A stretch of 50,417 bases of DNA. Origin: Gonapodya sp. JEL0774 (lineage: Eukaryota). The DNA is taken from NCBI GenBank assembly GCA_027604505.1, contig JADIIX010000038.1, positions 124,001 through 174,417 on the forward strand. Reading direction: 5' to 3'. The notes beneath the pieces are model-generated. The model saw nothing but the letters and a program-made list of their open reading frames with translations. It was not told where the DNA came from and did not search any database. A program made the translations under genes and the position numbers. Shown here piece after piece: positions 13,936-27,080 of the stretch (positions within the stretch are counted from its first letter, which is position 1; every line of letters starts with the position of its first letter).

Positions 13936-14258
13936 ATAAACCCAGTAGATAATGTAAATTCATGTATCATATCGCAAAGAAAAGCAACAGCAAAGAAAGA
14001 CCTACAAGACCGTGCCAAACGAGTGTTACTATGTAACTACCAAGAGTAATCCACGATCTTTGTCAGAACTAATGGTTTCGATGATCTGTTTCAACAATTC
14101 AGTACATCAGCGTGGGGTGTGAAAACTAAGGACTGAAAGATTGTGGTCGGGAGGGAATCACAAACACGTCAAGATTGAAAAGTTGAAAGTGTCTCGGTTT
14201 GAACATGTATTCATGCAAAAATCTCCAATCGATAGTGCGACCCTTCTCATTTTGTCGG

Positions 14259-15088
14259 CTACTCTCCATGTTTGAGTACTCGGACGAACTCGCGATAGTT
14301 GAACATGCCTTGAGGGTCGACAGGGGATGCTTTGAACATAATGTCGACCTGGAATAGCGGGACAATGGCAGTGCCCCAAAGATGACTTCCTCTTTTGGAA
14401 GTCACAAACAAATTTTCGTAGGCGAAAACGCACCTCTTCGTCCGTGAACCTCTCTCCCATACTGGTCATGAATTCGCGAAGCTCATCGGCATTAACGAAT
14501 CCCAACTTCTTTTCGTCAAAACATTCAAAAGCTTGTAGGATTTCGTGCTCGGGATCTGTTCCGCTCATTTTCTCTCCCATAAGGGTCAAGAACATCGTAA
14601 AGTTAATGGCACCTGGTGCTTCATTAATCATATCGTCGATGAACTCGTCAGTTGGACTTTGTCCTGTCGGTCAAATTAGTTGTGTTATTTGAGGAGGGGG
14701 AACTGTTCATGGCCGCAAAACTTGCCGAGTGAAGCGAGCATATCCTTCAAATCTTCTTTGTCGAGGAATCCATCTTGATCGTGGTCGATGATGGAGAAAG
14801 CCTCTTTGAATTCCGCGATTTGCCGTTGGTCAAACATGGCGAACACATTTGAGTTTTGTCTGACCGCGCGCTTCTTCTTGGACTTCTCCCTGCGAGATGA
14901 CTGCCAAGAGGCATGCAAAAATGGTTGCGATTCAAATCAACCGTCGTGTTGGATCAGACTCCCTCAACTGCCCGCCGCCGTCCGTTCCATATCCCGAATA
15001 TTCTCGTCAACACACTAAACCGGAGCACGAGTCTCTCCAGTATTATCCATCCATCTCAGCCCCACGAAACGTCGATCAAACTGACCAT
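14259..15088 (-). CDS. Myosin II regulatory light chain (EF-hand); ATG on a micro-exon
   Basis: ATG|gtcagt at 15088, then [77 protein letters not shown] and [14 protein letters not shown]. Confidence 0.93.
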
Positions 15089-15578
15089 CTTCGAGCTTAG
15101 ACCGGTGACTATTGGGAAAGCCAGATGAGCACAACCGCAAGATGCGGACCACAGCAGCGGCACAAACTCAAAAATGTCACACCCCAAACATAATCATCGG
15201 AATGAATCCATTGATTGTGAACATTCCCATTATTACACACGGCGTTATCCTTCACGTCTTTTCATGGACGATCGCTTCGGTGTTCTCTCGTTTTAATCTC
15301 CTTTCCTGACAATACTGAGACAAGAGATGTTTACAAATGAAGGGAGGACAAGGAGTTGCGGGCAGAGAAACGCCACTTTTTCGCTGGCAAAGAAACTGGC
15401 ATAGGCATGGAAGTATGTGCAGTGATCTCCCACGGGACGTAATAATCTGGTGGAGAGAGACAACGTTGAGGACAAAGAGAAAATCAACCACTTTCTAATG
15501 AAAAGTACTGCTTGTTCATTCTGTGCTATGTTAATAAAAGCTAAACTTCCACACCAATATCAGAGTAGGAGCATTTGA

Positions 15579-17693
15579 TCATCGCCGCAGGGCGGCTCGA
15601 AGGGCCTCCTTGCTTCTGCTGTTGCGCTGTAATTCAGGAGGTCGAACTTTAGGATCTCCACCTTTGACATTCGATGCGGACGAGCGTTTCTCCACAAGCG
15701 ACTCTCGAGAATCACCAAACTGTGACATCGACCCTTGAGTTGTTTCATTTGTCGGATTACTTGCAGCCAATGCTTGGCTTGCGTTATCTTCATTCGCATC
15801 ATCTTCCTCATTAACTCGATCTTTTCCAGTAAGCTTCGATCGTCGCTGAGATTTAGTCAGCAGCGCCAATGTCAGGACCTCTTTGAAGGTTTTGAGCCCA
15901 AGCAAACTCACCCTGAACGCGAACCAAATGCCCAATGCTCCAGCAAATACGGTCAGTGCTGATCCGACCCCGACACCAACAGCGGCTCCTATAATCGCAG
16001 CCTAGTATTCAAATACATGAACTGTTCAAAAACAGTCTTCGCAGGATCCTCCATTTAGCGCCAAGCATTCTCTCACCCGCGATAACCCTGTCGTCACTGC
16101 AGTGGTGCCCGTCGAAGCCGAGATGGTAGTTGTGGATAGAGATGTACTTGACACTGTCCGTAACGTTGATCCAGAGCCGAGATTTAAAGGGTTTGTCAGT
16201 TTTTCGACACACTTTGATTCTGTTGCAGTGCTTGCGCCAGAGCTACCAGGATCCATCTGCAACTGCCCAAACAACAGATTACTGTAGCTGAGCATTGGCA
16301 GATTAGAGCACGGATAATTGGCTGTCTCGAAAGAAGAGTCAAAAAGCTGGACACCTGCAAAATTTGTGAAGGATTTGAGGCGGGAAACCAGATTTGTGGT
16401 GTACACTTGGGAGGGATACACAAAATCTCCAGTCTGAACGATAATACCGGCAGTTAGCAAAGTGCTATCGGAGCACCAAATCTTGCCAGGCCCACCATGG
16501 CCTCCACCCATGACTCGTAACCCCATCCCCAGCTTGGTAGTTGGACGACAAGACTTGCATCAGTGCTTGCATTAGTCTGAAGCCAGCCACTCCAAGTAGT
16601 GATTGCGGACCAAAAACCATCTTCAGTAGATCCCCACGAACAACCAGCGCTGGCCCGGAACACCACAGTAAGATAATCAAGGAGAGACGGGACATTAGAA
16701 AGGACCGTGTTCGGGTAAACAGGCCCCGTTCGCGAGTCCGGATACAAGCAGCCAACACTAACTGTTTATCAGTGATACATGGTCAAGGAGGTAATGGTTA
16801 AGGTGAGATGGGAGCATACCTCCAATTGTGTACTTTTTCGACTGCTCTGCGTCCATCAGGCTCCTCAATGTTCTCAAGAAGCTCACATATGCCAGAGAAT
16901 ACTCGTTTGTTCTGCGAGAAAGAAATGATAATGTGAAGGCAAAAGCCGTCCTCTCAGCAAGACTCACAAAATGGACAAATCCACACCATCGAGAATGGCA
17001 GTACCCAATGGTCGAACACTGGAGTTGGACCTGAAGAACATATCCCAAACTTGTTGTGCAGACTTAACACCGTCGGCTTCACTCTTAAGAGTTTCTCGTC
17101 TCGCTCCTGCCAGTCATATGGTGAGCAGTTTGCAGGCTCAGTTCGCTTCAGCATTGGAAGTATTTCCCACCAATTGCGAGTACAACACGCTTCCCTGCGC
17201 TTTGGCAGCTTTTCACGCCCTCTTCCACTTTCGGACACCGCAAAACAGTGTACCCGACTGTCTTTGTCTCGTAACCTGTGTAAGCATTCCCGAGGTCTGC
17301 TCCACAATGGGTGCTGAAGTCGATTGCAGGCAGATCTCCCGTCGAAAAGTGATCGACCATCCACCCAATCGAAATAAAGGTATGATTGGTTGTTGCGCAC
17401 AGTTGAGCGAGAGATAGCTCAGAGTAAGTTGCATCTTGAAGAATTGAAGCTTTATTTTGACCCCAGAAAGTCCCGAGCTGTAGTTGGAGGGTAATCGTGT
17501 ATAAAGCAGTGGATTGGGATCAATATCGATATGCTGCCTGGAATCGCGCCCAGACTGTTGCTGTCTGTACCTGGAAAGGTCGTGAGAGACCGAGTGTTGA
17601 ATTTAACGGAAGGACAGCTTGAGATCCAGACAGCCAACCCAAAGCAACGAGACCGATGTACGTGATGGTTTGGAGAGTGTGGTGATCAAGCAT
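15579..17693 (-). CDS. Type I membrane protein: GH18 class III chitinase-like ectodomain (catalytic motif degenerate), Ser/Thr stalk, one TM helix, ~90-aa cytosolic tail
   Basis: Signal-like N-terminus MLDHHTLQTITYIGLVALGWLSGSQA. GH18 motifs TFWGQN, CPKVEEGVKSCQSAGKRVVLAIGG, RPLGTAILDGVDLSIL and NFAGVQLFD. Stalk STSLSTTTISASTGTT, TM AAIIGAAVGVGVGSALTVFAGALGIWFAF, tail RRSKL...ALRR*. Confidence 0.82.
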
Positions 17694-17944
17694 TGGAGTC
17701 GAATGTTATAATCCAAGCGAACTCGATCACCCGTGCAGCCGATGTCCCCACTCACCTCGGGGCTTCTTCACAATTGTTCACCCACATAATTCATCCACAC
17801 CTTAAATCGCACCGTCAGTGATTCTCAAACAAAATGTTATTCACGTGTGAATGGAATGCATCATGGAACTATTTATACAAGATAATTGCAGTTACGATCT
17901 GGCTTGGATATCCAACCCTCCTGTCCTCCTACATCTGAATGCCA

Positions 17945-19543
17945 TTATTCGATGAACAACTCGCCACCAATCATTAACTCGTCATTCCCTTCAATTTTCG
18001 ATCCCTTTCTTTCGAGGTGATCCCGGTAAAACCGCTCCGCGAAGTCCGGTGCTGGTAGATCGCGCAAAGTGAGAAACGAGTCTATGTAGCGTACGAGCAG
18101 TCGATAGATGATCAAGAATTATGTGAGTTCTGAAGGGACAAGGATTAAAAAATGTTTCACCGACCAGTTTCTAGCCAAGCAGCTGGGGCATCTCTGAAGT
18201 CAAACACAGGTTTGATGGGGTTGAGGATCATGACGGCGATTTCTGGCTTGTACCATTCTGCGGGGGGCTCAGGCTTACTGAAGATATTCAGATTGAGGAC
18301 GGTTTCCGGGTCCGGGATAAATGTTTCTTCTTTTTTGTTTGATGGTAGGGAAGTGCACAAGGTACAGAAATGACAAAACAAAGTGAGCAAGTGATCCGCA
18401 AAAGTCCGACCTCCTCACTCGCACTGGTCGGTAGGCCACTACAACTTGGCACTTCAAAATTTTCCGCAGAGACGAATCTCTCGGTGATACGGTCAGTCAA
18501 TCTCCACATTCGAGTTCGTTGATTCGCAGTTAAGTGTTCCTTCTATCAAGAATTGACCGCTCGAATTACAACCGCAACGTACCAATTGTTTCTCGTGGAA
18601 CCCCACTCTCCACATCGAAATCAGAATCCGAGCTGAATCCAATGGATCGCAAAATTTCTGGCAGGGCATCGTCGCGGGCATGCTGGGAGAACCTTTGCCG
18701 GCCGCTATGAGGATTGGCCACTCCGATTCCGCCATCAGAGTTTTCAGTATTCCCTCGGACAACATCGCTTTCATCATCCAGAGACAATTGCGCAATGCCA
18801 ATGTCCTTCGGCTCAGTTATTCCCGCAGAGTCACCAACTCTGACGTTACGACGGCCGTTTCCCGAGCCAGGTCCCCGCTCTTCCGGTGTGTTAAATTTTT
18901 CGTCTGCTAGGACCAGTAGCCTCCTACCCGGCTTCACGCCAGTTTTGGGTGCGACAGAGCCACGAAGTGTTGTCCGCGGGGCGGGAAGACTGATGGGGGC
19001 TGGCGTCTGGGTCGTTATATCACGCAGGAGAGCACGCGGACCGGGAGTAGTAACAGGTGCCAAAGAGTTTGAGCTCGCTTTTAGATTACTACCAGAAGGG
19101 CCGGTCACAGTGGGTTTCGATAGGACGGAGGTCTGGGGTTTCGTTGCTGGTGTCAGAACACACAGCGGTGGCGGAAAGAGTGGAGGGAGAGGGAATCATG
19201 GCATGAATTCAACATTTCGAGCGATGAAGTATGCTCTGTTACTTGCCCATCATATCCAATAAATCAAGGACGTCCCAAACGCACCTGTTCCTTTTGCCGC
19301 TCCCCCCACCTTAGCCAATCCAGCACCACTAAAACCAGTTTTAAGCACAGCGGTGCTGTTGTACCCTGCTGATGGAGCTTTTTTCGTCATCATCTGCTTT
19401 CCCGGGGGACCTCTTGGCAACGGTGCTTCTCGCATATCCATGACCTTTCGCGCTGCGGGTTTGATGCCCCCGATCCCAGCTGGGGCATTCTCTTTGTCAA
19501 ATGTTTCACGTGTCCCTCTCAATGCCGCAAGGCGGGTCGCCAT
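17945..19543 (-). CDS. Disordered protein with KEN box and D-box-like motif; possible securin-like APC/C substrate
   Basis: N-terminal FDKENAP and RALLRDIT motifs. Basic N-terminal half, acidic Pro-rich C-terminal half. Splice-consistent exons end in ELFIE*. The gene is well supported; the identity is inferred. Confidence 0.45.
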
Positions 19544-19895
19544 TTTAAGATGGCGCCTGATGAATGCTTGAAATTGTTATGTTTGGGTTGTGGTCGACAG
19601 GTTCGGCAGCACGCACGCGCCAGGCAACGGGCCGGGCGCACATGCAGAACACCACACAACATCTGAAAAGATATCCACTTGCACTCGTCACAGCACTGCC
19701 GAACCAGCCTAGTGGTCGGCGAACATTCAGGTGCAAGGGACCCCACGAAAGGAATTTATTCAGTTCTCTCCATGAGAGGAGTTTGAAGACGCATACCAGA
19801 CATTCAATTGCGAATCGTCTATAAGCGAAATGCGAGTTACATTCAAATGATCATTATGCAAACTACCAATGTATTAGAGTATTTTTCAACTGCGG

Positions 19896-22800
19896 TCAGA
19901 ATCGTTCACCAAAGTGATGAAGGTAACCATAGCCCTGCTGCTGTCTGTTCAGTTGTGAGCATGCCAGATCGACATTGTCCATCATTACAGCTGTTGAAGA
20001 TCGTTCGAAGTCAGTGTGGGGTGACAGAGCAGTCATGTTACAAGAACTCACCCGGACCACATGTGAAGACTCCAATGTCCTTCGCGGGCACCTCAGCCGA
20101 TTCACCGAGAATGGGGGCAAGGTCCTCCGGTGCGTGAATCTCCCGAATTTTTCGGAATAGAGATTCGAAATTTGGCCGCCCAAAGTGTGTTTGTGACCTT
20201 AAGCCTGTGAACAGTGACTGCCCATTAATCCTCGCGAACGAGCGTTCAGTGATCTTCATCGGGGGAATCGCAAAGGTTAACCAGACAAAACTTTCTCAAT
20301 GCACATCGTGAGCTCACATAAAGCATGGTTGTCCGTAAGTCGTACTTTTCCGTGATGGCTGTAATGAAAACATGTGCATCCAGCACGTGCAACTCATCCT
20401 GTTCCTCGAGGTCCTTGATTAGGTCCACCATCCACTCGAATTGTTTTTGACTCCTCGCAACCCAGATGAAATACGCTTTCCGTATCCTCTGCTGCGCGAA
20501 GATCCCAGGAGCCTTGTTGGCATTGAAAACCAATTCCTTCATTATGGAGGCGAAGGGGGTGACACCGATGCCTGCATTTCATACCATTGTCAAGACCATG
20601 CAAAGTACCACTATGATGTCCGATGCCCTTAACGTACCTCCTCCAACGAATATGGCGACGGGATACCGTGCGTAGTCTCCGTGACCGCCACCGAATGGAC
20701 CATCGATGATTGCACTCCCGGGCACAGTTGCACCAAGAACATCTCTAGCTCGCGTTGTCCATGGCCCAACTGTGCGAATGTGGACCGATAAGTAAGGGTC
20801 ATTGGGTGCCGAGCTGATCGTGAAAGGGTGGAACTCTTTGGTGGAAATCTCAGGGAGTGCAATCCTCAGCCATTGGCCCGCTTTGTAATCGAAATTCGAA
20901 GGCTTTCTCATCTTGACGAGTGTCACTTCAGAAGGGAGCAAAGCGGCCTCTATAATGGGCACTTTGAAGGCCCGACGTTTTGCAGTAAAGACAGAATCCA
21001 AACGGTAGACGCTTAGTTGAATAAAAGATTGTTGAACGAAAGGCTCGCTTATGAAAACGCATGGTATCCACGAGCCTCACATCGTAGGGACTAGCATGAA
21101 GTACCAATAGAACGGGGGCTGAACAAGCTGTGCTGCACCGTGAACGATCATTGCGAGGTACCATATGGGATGCAGCCTGTGGAAAAACCAGAACACGGTG
21201 AAGACATTCCGTCGCACGTACTATGAGAAAGAGAATCAAAGTTAGCAAAAGCCCAAGGAGTTACGTCGCAGAAGCTCACTTCATGTGCATATGTGTAAAT
21301 CAAAACCATTAAAACTGTGAGTACAAGGCCCGAAAAGCCTGTCACAGTTTGCCAGCAGTAGTAGAAGAAAGACAGCAGTTCATCTGAGTAATGGTAAACA
21401 TCCCGGAAGTAGCACAACATGTCATCCGAAGGCTGGGTCGAGAAATTGTAGAAACTAGAAAAGGAACTGATCAGGGATGCAACACCATACATGATATTCC
21501 TATAGTATACTCACTTGAAGAAGTGGCCAACAATGTGAATGATCGACATTAGGAAGCCAGTCCATGCTACATTAAACGCGTTAGCATTTAAATATCGACG
21601 AAAATGCGGTGCAACTAACCAGCTATGATGTGGAATTCAAGGTGTTCATCGAATGGAATGAATTCAGCGAGCCAAGTCCCTCTGAGCCAAGCGATTGTGT
21701 TCCGGCACCTGTTCAAGCAGAATCAGTTAACCTGATGCGAAACTCGCAGGGCGGTACCTCACATTGACAAAAGAACCCAAGCATAGCACCACATTTGTGC
21801 GGAAGCGCCACCACGCGTGACTTCGGTAGAGAAAATAGACCGTGATTGGAGGCAAATTGATGAGATGAGGTGAGCATAAGATCTTACTTGCAACTCCGTA
21901 GCCAGTGATCTGCCGTAAACCTCCATGCTCCTTGTTGTGATAGTACACGTAAAAGCGCTCAAAGAAGATGCCAAGTGTTGATGCGAAAAAGAAAATTAAG
22001 AAGATGATTTCCCTGCGCTTGTTGGTGATGTATGCCTTCCAAAACCCGAATCGACTTGATTTCCGAGGAGCCTGAGGAGCACTTGTCGTACTTCTAGTCA
22101 AAACCTCAGTTCCGATTCGTTTCGATAGTGGCGTCGGAGAGCGTAAACGAGATGTGCTGGAAGAACCACGGGAGATATTCTCCACCAGGTTGCGGTTTCG
22201 GTTCACAGCTGAAGTGAGAGCACGGTTCACTGCACTGTTTCCTGCTGCTCCCCCTGCCGTGGTGAGTCCTCTGGAAACCGTGGGGGCCAAGGTTGACTGA
22301 GGAGCAGATTGCGCGTCTGAAGGAGCATCCAAGACACCTGCAATAGTGATGGCTTGAATAACATTCTCCCCAAAAGTGTTCATCACGTGACGGAAATCCT
22401 CGAAGTTCATCATGTCGACCGGTCCACCTCGTCGCCTTTCCACCTCCTTCCACCAAGTGTCGACAACCGCGGTTGTTGCATTGTTCAAGGTACTTTTGTC
22501 AAGCTCTTTCGCAGCACTACCTTCACTCAAAAGGGATGTCAGCATAGTGAGAAGTTCTTCTTTCGAGAGACTTCCATTGCCGTCGAGATCTGTAAATGAA
22601 CAGTGCAAGGGCACATTATTGAGTCACTTTCACTCTTCTTGGTCTCGACCGAAACACGATTAACTCACCATGCAAGTCAAACAGTAAACGCGTTTTGGCA
22701 TCCACACTGCCATTGTTGAAAATAACCATCATGTCCAGCAATTCTCGGAAGCTTACATATCCACTAGAGTCCTTGTCCACCCAGTTGAAAATTTGAGTTG

Positions 22801-25800
22801 CAAAGAGCGAGTTCCTATCGACACGGAAAGCAGCGGCAAATTCATCCCGTGACAGCTCTGCCTGGGCAAGTCCTCCAGGTCCCCCCGATGGACCGGAGCT
22901 GTCACGCTTGAACCAGCCGGTGCCGCTTCTGGTTCCCGTGCCATTACCACCACCCCGGCTCTGAGGTGCAATGATATTGGCTGCAAGGTGAATACGGCAA
23001 GGCTGAGTTTGACTCAAACTCCTGAATTTGTGAAAACGGGGACATACCGATTTCTCTGAAGAACTGTTCGATCTCGACGGTTCTTTGCGCACGGCTCTTA
23101 ACGATAGACATGAGTTCCCTGTGTTTCTTCGTCAACAACTGTGACATTCGAGGAAGCCGAGCCTTGTATTGGTAGTCTGTGAGGCGCGCAACGAATTCAT
23201 CCCGAGTGGTGGAATCAGTGAACCTGAGCCAGATCTAATTTCCGAGCCGCATTAATTACCACTCCGCGAAACCACAGGTACCTCACTAAGACGCTTCACT
23301 CACATCATACTCTTTGGGGACCTGAAGGACGATCTCGGGAAGCTGAACCGCTTCCCTGCTTCCGAACATCATCCACTTCCTCGACGTCTGTCCTCGGAAG
23401 TCCACGTTGCCTTCGGGCGTGGCCTCTGAAAGTTCGCCAATCAGAATATCTCCAAGTCGATCGTAAGCGACTTCCCGGATGACCTTTGCCGTGTCTCTGG
23501 GATTGACCAGCTGGAGCTTATTATCTGATAACAACACAGTAACCGCTGTTCCGTCACTTGGATCCGCCGAGTCTGGCTTTGGGGGAGCTCCTCCATCGTG
23601 AGTGGCTGGTAAATCCTTGCCTGCGCACTCGGTGGCTGGAAACACGTCAGCCAAGTCCTTCCCCGCGAATTCCTGTGCCTCTCTGATGAGCGGTGACCGA
23701 GCACCCTTGCGAGTGCTTAGCCGATCCTTCTTCTTTGCAGCAGCGCGAGCTCGTCGGATGAGTCTTGATCTCCACCAACGAGCCAACGGCACTGTCAAAC
23801 CCGCAAAGATCATCAGAAAAATGGAGACAAATATGACACCCGTGATTTGGTATCCAGAAAGCTTGAGATAATCAAACTGCTCAGGAGGTGTGCACGTCAA
23901 CTCCGCGGTATCCGTTGAATTTATCTGCTTGGGCTGGTGGCAGTAGAAAGTAGGAGGCGGTTCGTGCCATACATCATCCTGGATAGCCCAGTCGGGAATG
24001 CCGGTGTTGCGAATGATGATGGACCGCATGGAGTTTTCGGGGCTGCGAATGAAGTCAACCTCGGCGGGAGTAAAGTAGCCGGAGGTGGGGTTAGCGAACC
24101 AGAATCGGTCCGCATCACGGATACGGCTGAACTGGTCCACCAAAATTCTGCAAATCAGATTATAAAAGGTGAGTGTAGGTGTGTTTGGATCGACCGCGAA
24201 ACAGCAACCGCTCCGCCGACCCTCGGATCCGTACTCACGCTCCAAACAACTCTCCCATCTCCCCCTGCGTCGTTTCTAGAAGTCCTCCCACCCACGTATC
24301 AATATCATCCAAATCTCCATGATACAGATCTTCCATTTTCTTTGCAATAGGCTTGACGCCGTTCACGGGAATGTCCCAGTCGCCAGTGATGTCCTGGAAG
24401 GATGTCTTGCGAGTGAGATTGAAGAAACGGCGGGCGGTGTTGTAGTCGGGGATTCCTGCAAAAAGGGAAAAGACGTCTTTTGGATTCACCCACAGTGATC
24501 TCTTTTGGCTGTTCAACCCACCTTCCTCTCGCCCCCGTTGGATGTTGATCGCCATCAAGTCCCTCCTCGACATTTCCAAGGGTCCAAACACAAATCCTCT
24601 CAAATCTTCCGTAATAATGTTATCCTCTTTCTCGGTGACCTGAGCGGTCAATCCAAGCAAAAACTCCGCCAAGTCGGTTTGAGAGCCTTCGGGGAACGCA
24701 CCGCGGAATCCTCCATTGTTGCCAGCACCGGTGGCGTTGACCGCAAACTGGCCGGAAGTGTCGGCACCAAGGTATTCTGGAGAAGATGGGAAATGTGGTT
24801 TCAGGAATGCGACGTATCGTCCTGGGACAATACAAGAACCCGATCCTTCATCCTCCGACTCACCATTCGGATTCCAGTAACTGTTACAAGTCCTGAACAA
24901 CTTGTTGTTCAGAAACTGGCAGCTCCCATTCCTCCCCACAGCCGGATTCTGGGGATCGGCAGTGCCCACCGTCCGTCTCCACACTGCCGGTGGAACCAAA
25001 GTGTGACCGTATCGCATCGCCGCTGCTTGGAAAATGACGGAAATTTGGGGGTGTCGGCTTGGATCGTAACCTCTATAAGGAGGTAGAGGTCGCCCGGCGA
25101 AGACGGGGAACCATTCTTCGGTGACGACCTGTTGGGTAGCGAAGAGCGCATCGTTAAATGCCAACTCAAATCCTACCCAGCTTCTTCAAGCGTCCAACAC
25201 CACCAAAGCCGCCTCTGTACCACATCGAGCTCACCTTCTGATGCAACGCAATCACCCACCGCCTGGCTTCGTTGAATAACCTCTCATCGTCCCAATTCGG
25301 ATGCAAGGCCTGCAATCTCGCCGCTTGGAAGTTGTGCTCACGGAACCAAAGTACACCCATGGAGAGAAGCATGGGATTTTCACTGCCGTGGTTTGGTGGT
25401 TACGGGTGATCAGACATTACCTAAAAAGACACCTTCACTCACTTTCCTCTGGGATTACCCAATTTATGAATTCTGAAAGGACTCTTCAATTTGTGGTCTC
25501 TGGGCGGTGCCGGATTGAACATGGGCAGTCCGACGTCGTTGTATTGGGGGAACTTCCCCGACGCGTCCGTGGCGAGAGTTCCGCCCACGTGTGTGCGGAG
25601 AGCGTCGGACCTGAAATAGGGGTATATATACAGTAAGCATTGAGACGACTGCAAAAGTACGCGACGGGGCGGATTCCCCGAGGAAACCCCGCGCATCACC
25701 GTGACAATCTGGGGAGACCCTTCCTTCCACTCACCAGGCTCGCGCAGTCCCATACACCAGCCCGCCATCAATCCACGGCGTAATTTCGTTGATCTGAACC

Positions 25801-27080
25801 CTCGGACCGTTGATGGCGTGTCCTGTGGTCGCCTCGTACCGGTTCCGGAGCAAAGGAATGATTGCATCACCTGTGGACTTGGGGTCATAGAGGGGGTCGC
25901 CCTTGGGAATCGGGATGTTGAAGTACTCGACGGGGCAGTGGGGCCGTTGTGCGTCGAGGATTTCCTCAACGACTTGTTGACCTGAAGGGGAACGGGGTGG
26001 GGGGTGTCGTCGGTGGTGAGAGGAGACAAAAGCAGTTTTCAGGGACTTATACGCCGTCTCCAGGTTCCATGAGTACGCTTGCTCTCAGTGGCAGTCATGA
26101 AGTGCTTCAGAGGTTTGTGAGTGTTCCGCTCCAGAACATAACGGCGCCGTTCCACCACCGGCCTATTTCATTTACCATCCTTCGATAGTTTCTCTCATTC
26201 CAGAAAATTCAAAACTCCCTTTCAACCCACCGAAGAATGTCATGAACGCTGTCTTTCCCTTGGTACTCCCCATCCCCGTTGGCCCAGACATGAGCTCAAC
26301 ACTAAGCGTTCTGGGATTAGGCCTGTGCTCCCCCGCAGGCTCTTCGATACCATCGGTGTATTGAGGTGGGGGCCAGATGAGCATAGGCGAGTCGATTGCA
26401 CCCTGGTTTGCGGGAGCAGAGGAGAAAGGTGAGTGAGGATGCGTGAGGCAGACGAGAAACTTCCCCAAAGCAAAAACAGAGCTTGCGAAGTGTAGAGGCA
26501 GTTGCAGTATGGAGGGAGAGGGGGATCGGTAGGTGGAACTGCGAACACGTCACCGCCACCAGGGACCAGGTACGCTCCAGCATAACGACCACCGAGCGCG
26601 AATCCCGTGTCACTTGCGAAATTCTAGCGTTGTCACTTAATTGTGACCCCAGTCACGCCCGAAAAAAACATCCCAAGTTCCGCCCAAGGGAATGTTCGGG
26701 TTCAGTGAGTTCTGAGCCGACGACAGACTCACCAACGTCGGCACCGCCAAATTGTTGTAAAATCCATCCCACGGAGGAAATTCACGCCAGGGTTCGTCGT
26801 CGAGATGGTTGTCGGTTGGTGCCTGGGGAAATTTGACTGAAAACGTGTTTGCAGTTCCGGAGGTGAAGGGCAGAGGGGATGAAGTGGATCCAGCCCCCGT
26901 AGTCGAGTTTGCGGCGTTTGCAGCCGGGGATGTTGAGGAAGAGTTTGTTAAAGAAGAGGGAGGAGGAGTCGATGGAATTGGGAAGATTGAGGGGGTTGAC
27001 GTCGGTAGAGCGCCGGTTGTGGAGGGGAAGGGAGGCTGGACCAGACTGACGAGGGGGCCACGCTTAGCCGGATGCGCCAT
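19896..27080 (-). CDS. DUOX: Dual oxidase: peroxidase-homology domain, TM, PH-like domain, EF-hands, 6-TM ferric reductase, FAD- and NADPH-binding domains; multi-exon (possible extra first exon at 27566-27505)
   Basis: Peroxidase domain: [91 protein letters not shown] and [16 protein letters not shown]-like QVPKEYDL. EF-hands [12 protein letters not shown] and [12 protein letters not shown]. Heme His pairs EFH...IIHIVGH and FFHRLH...IVHG. FAD motif [16 protein letters not shown] motifs [12 protein letters not shown] and FTCGP. C-terminus HHFGERF*. Confidence 0.97.

Noticed and set aside
14840..14880. Myosin light chain phosphosite RQNSNVF (Asn at the Thr18-equivalent position)
   Set aside because: The Ser19 equivalent is intact; this is ordinary variation.
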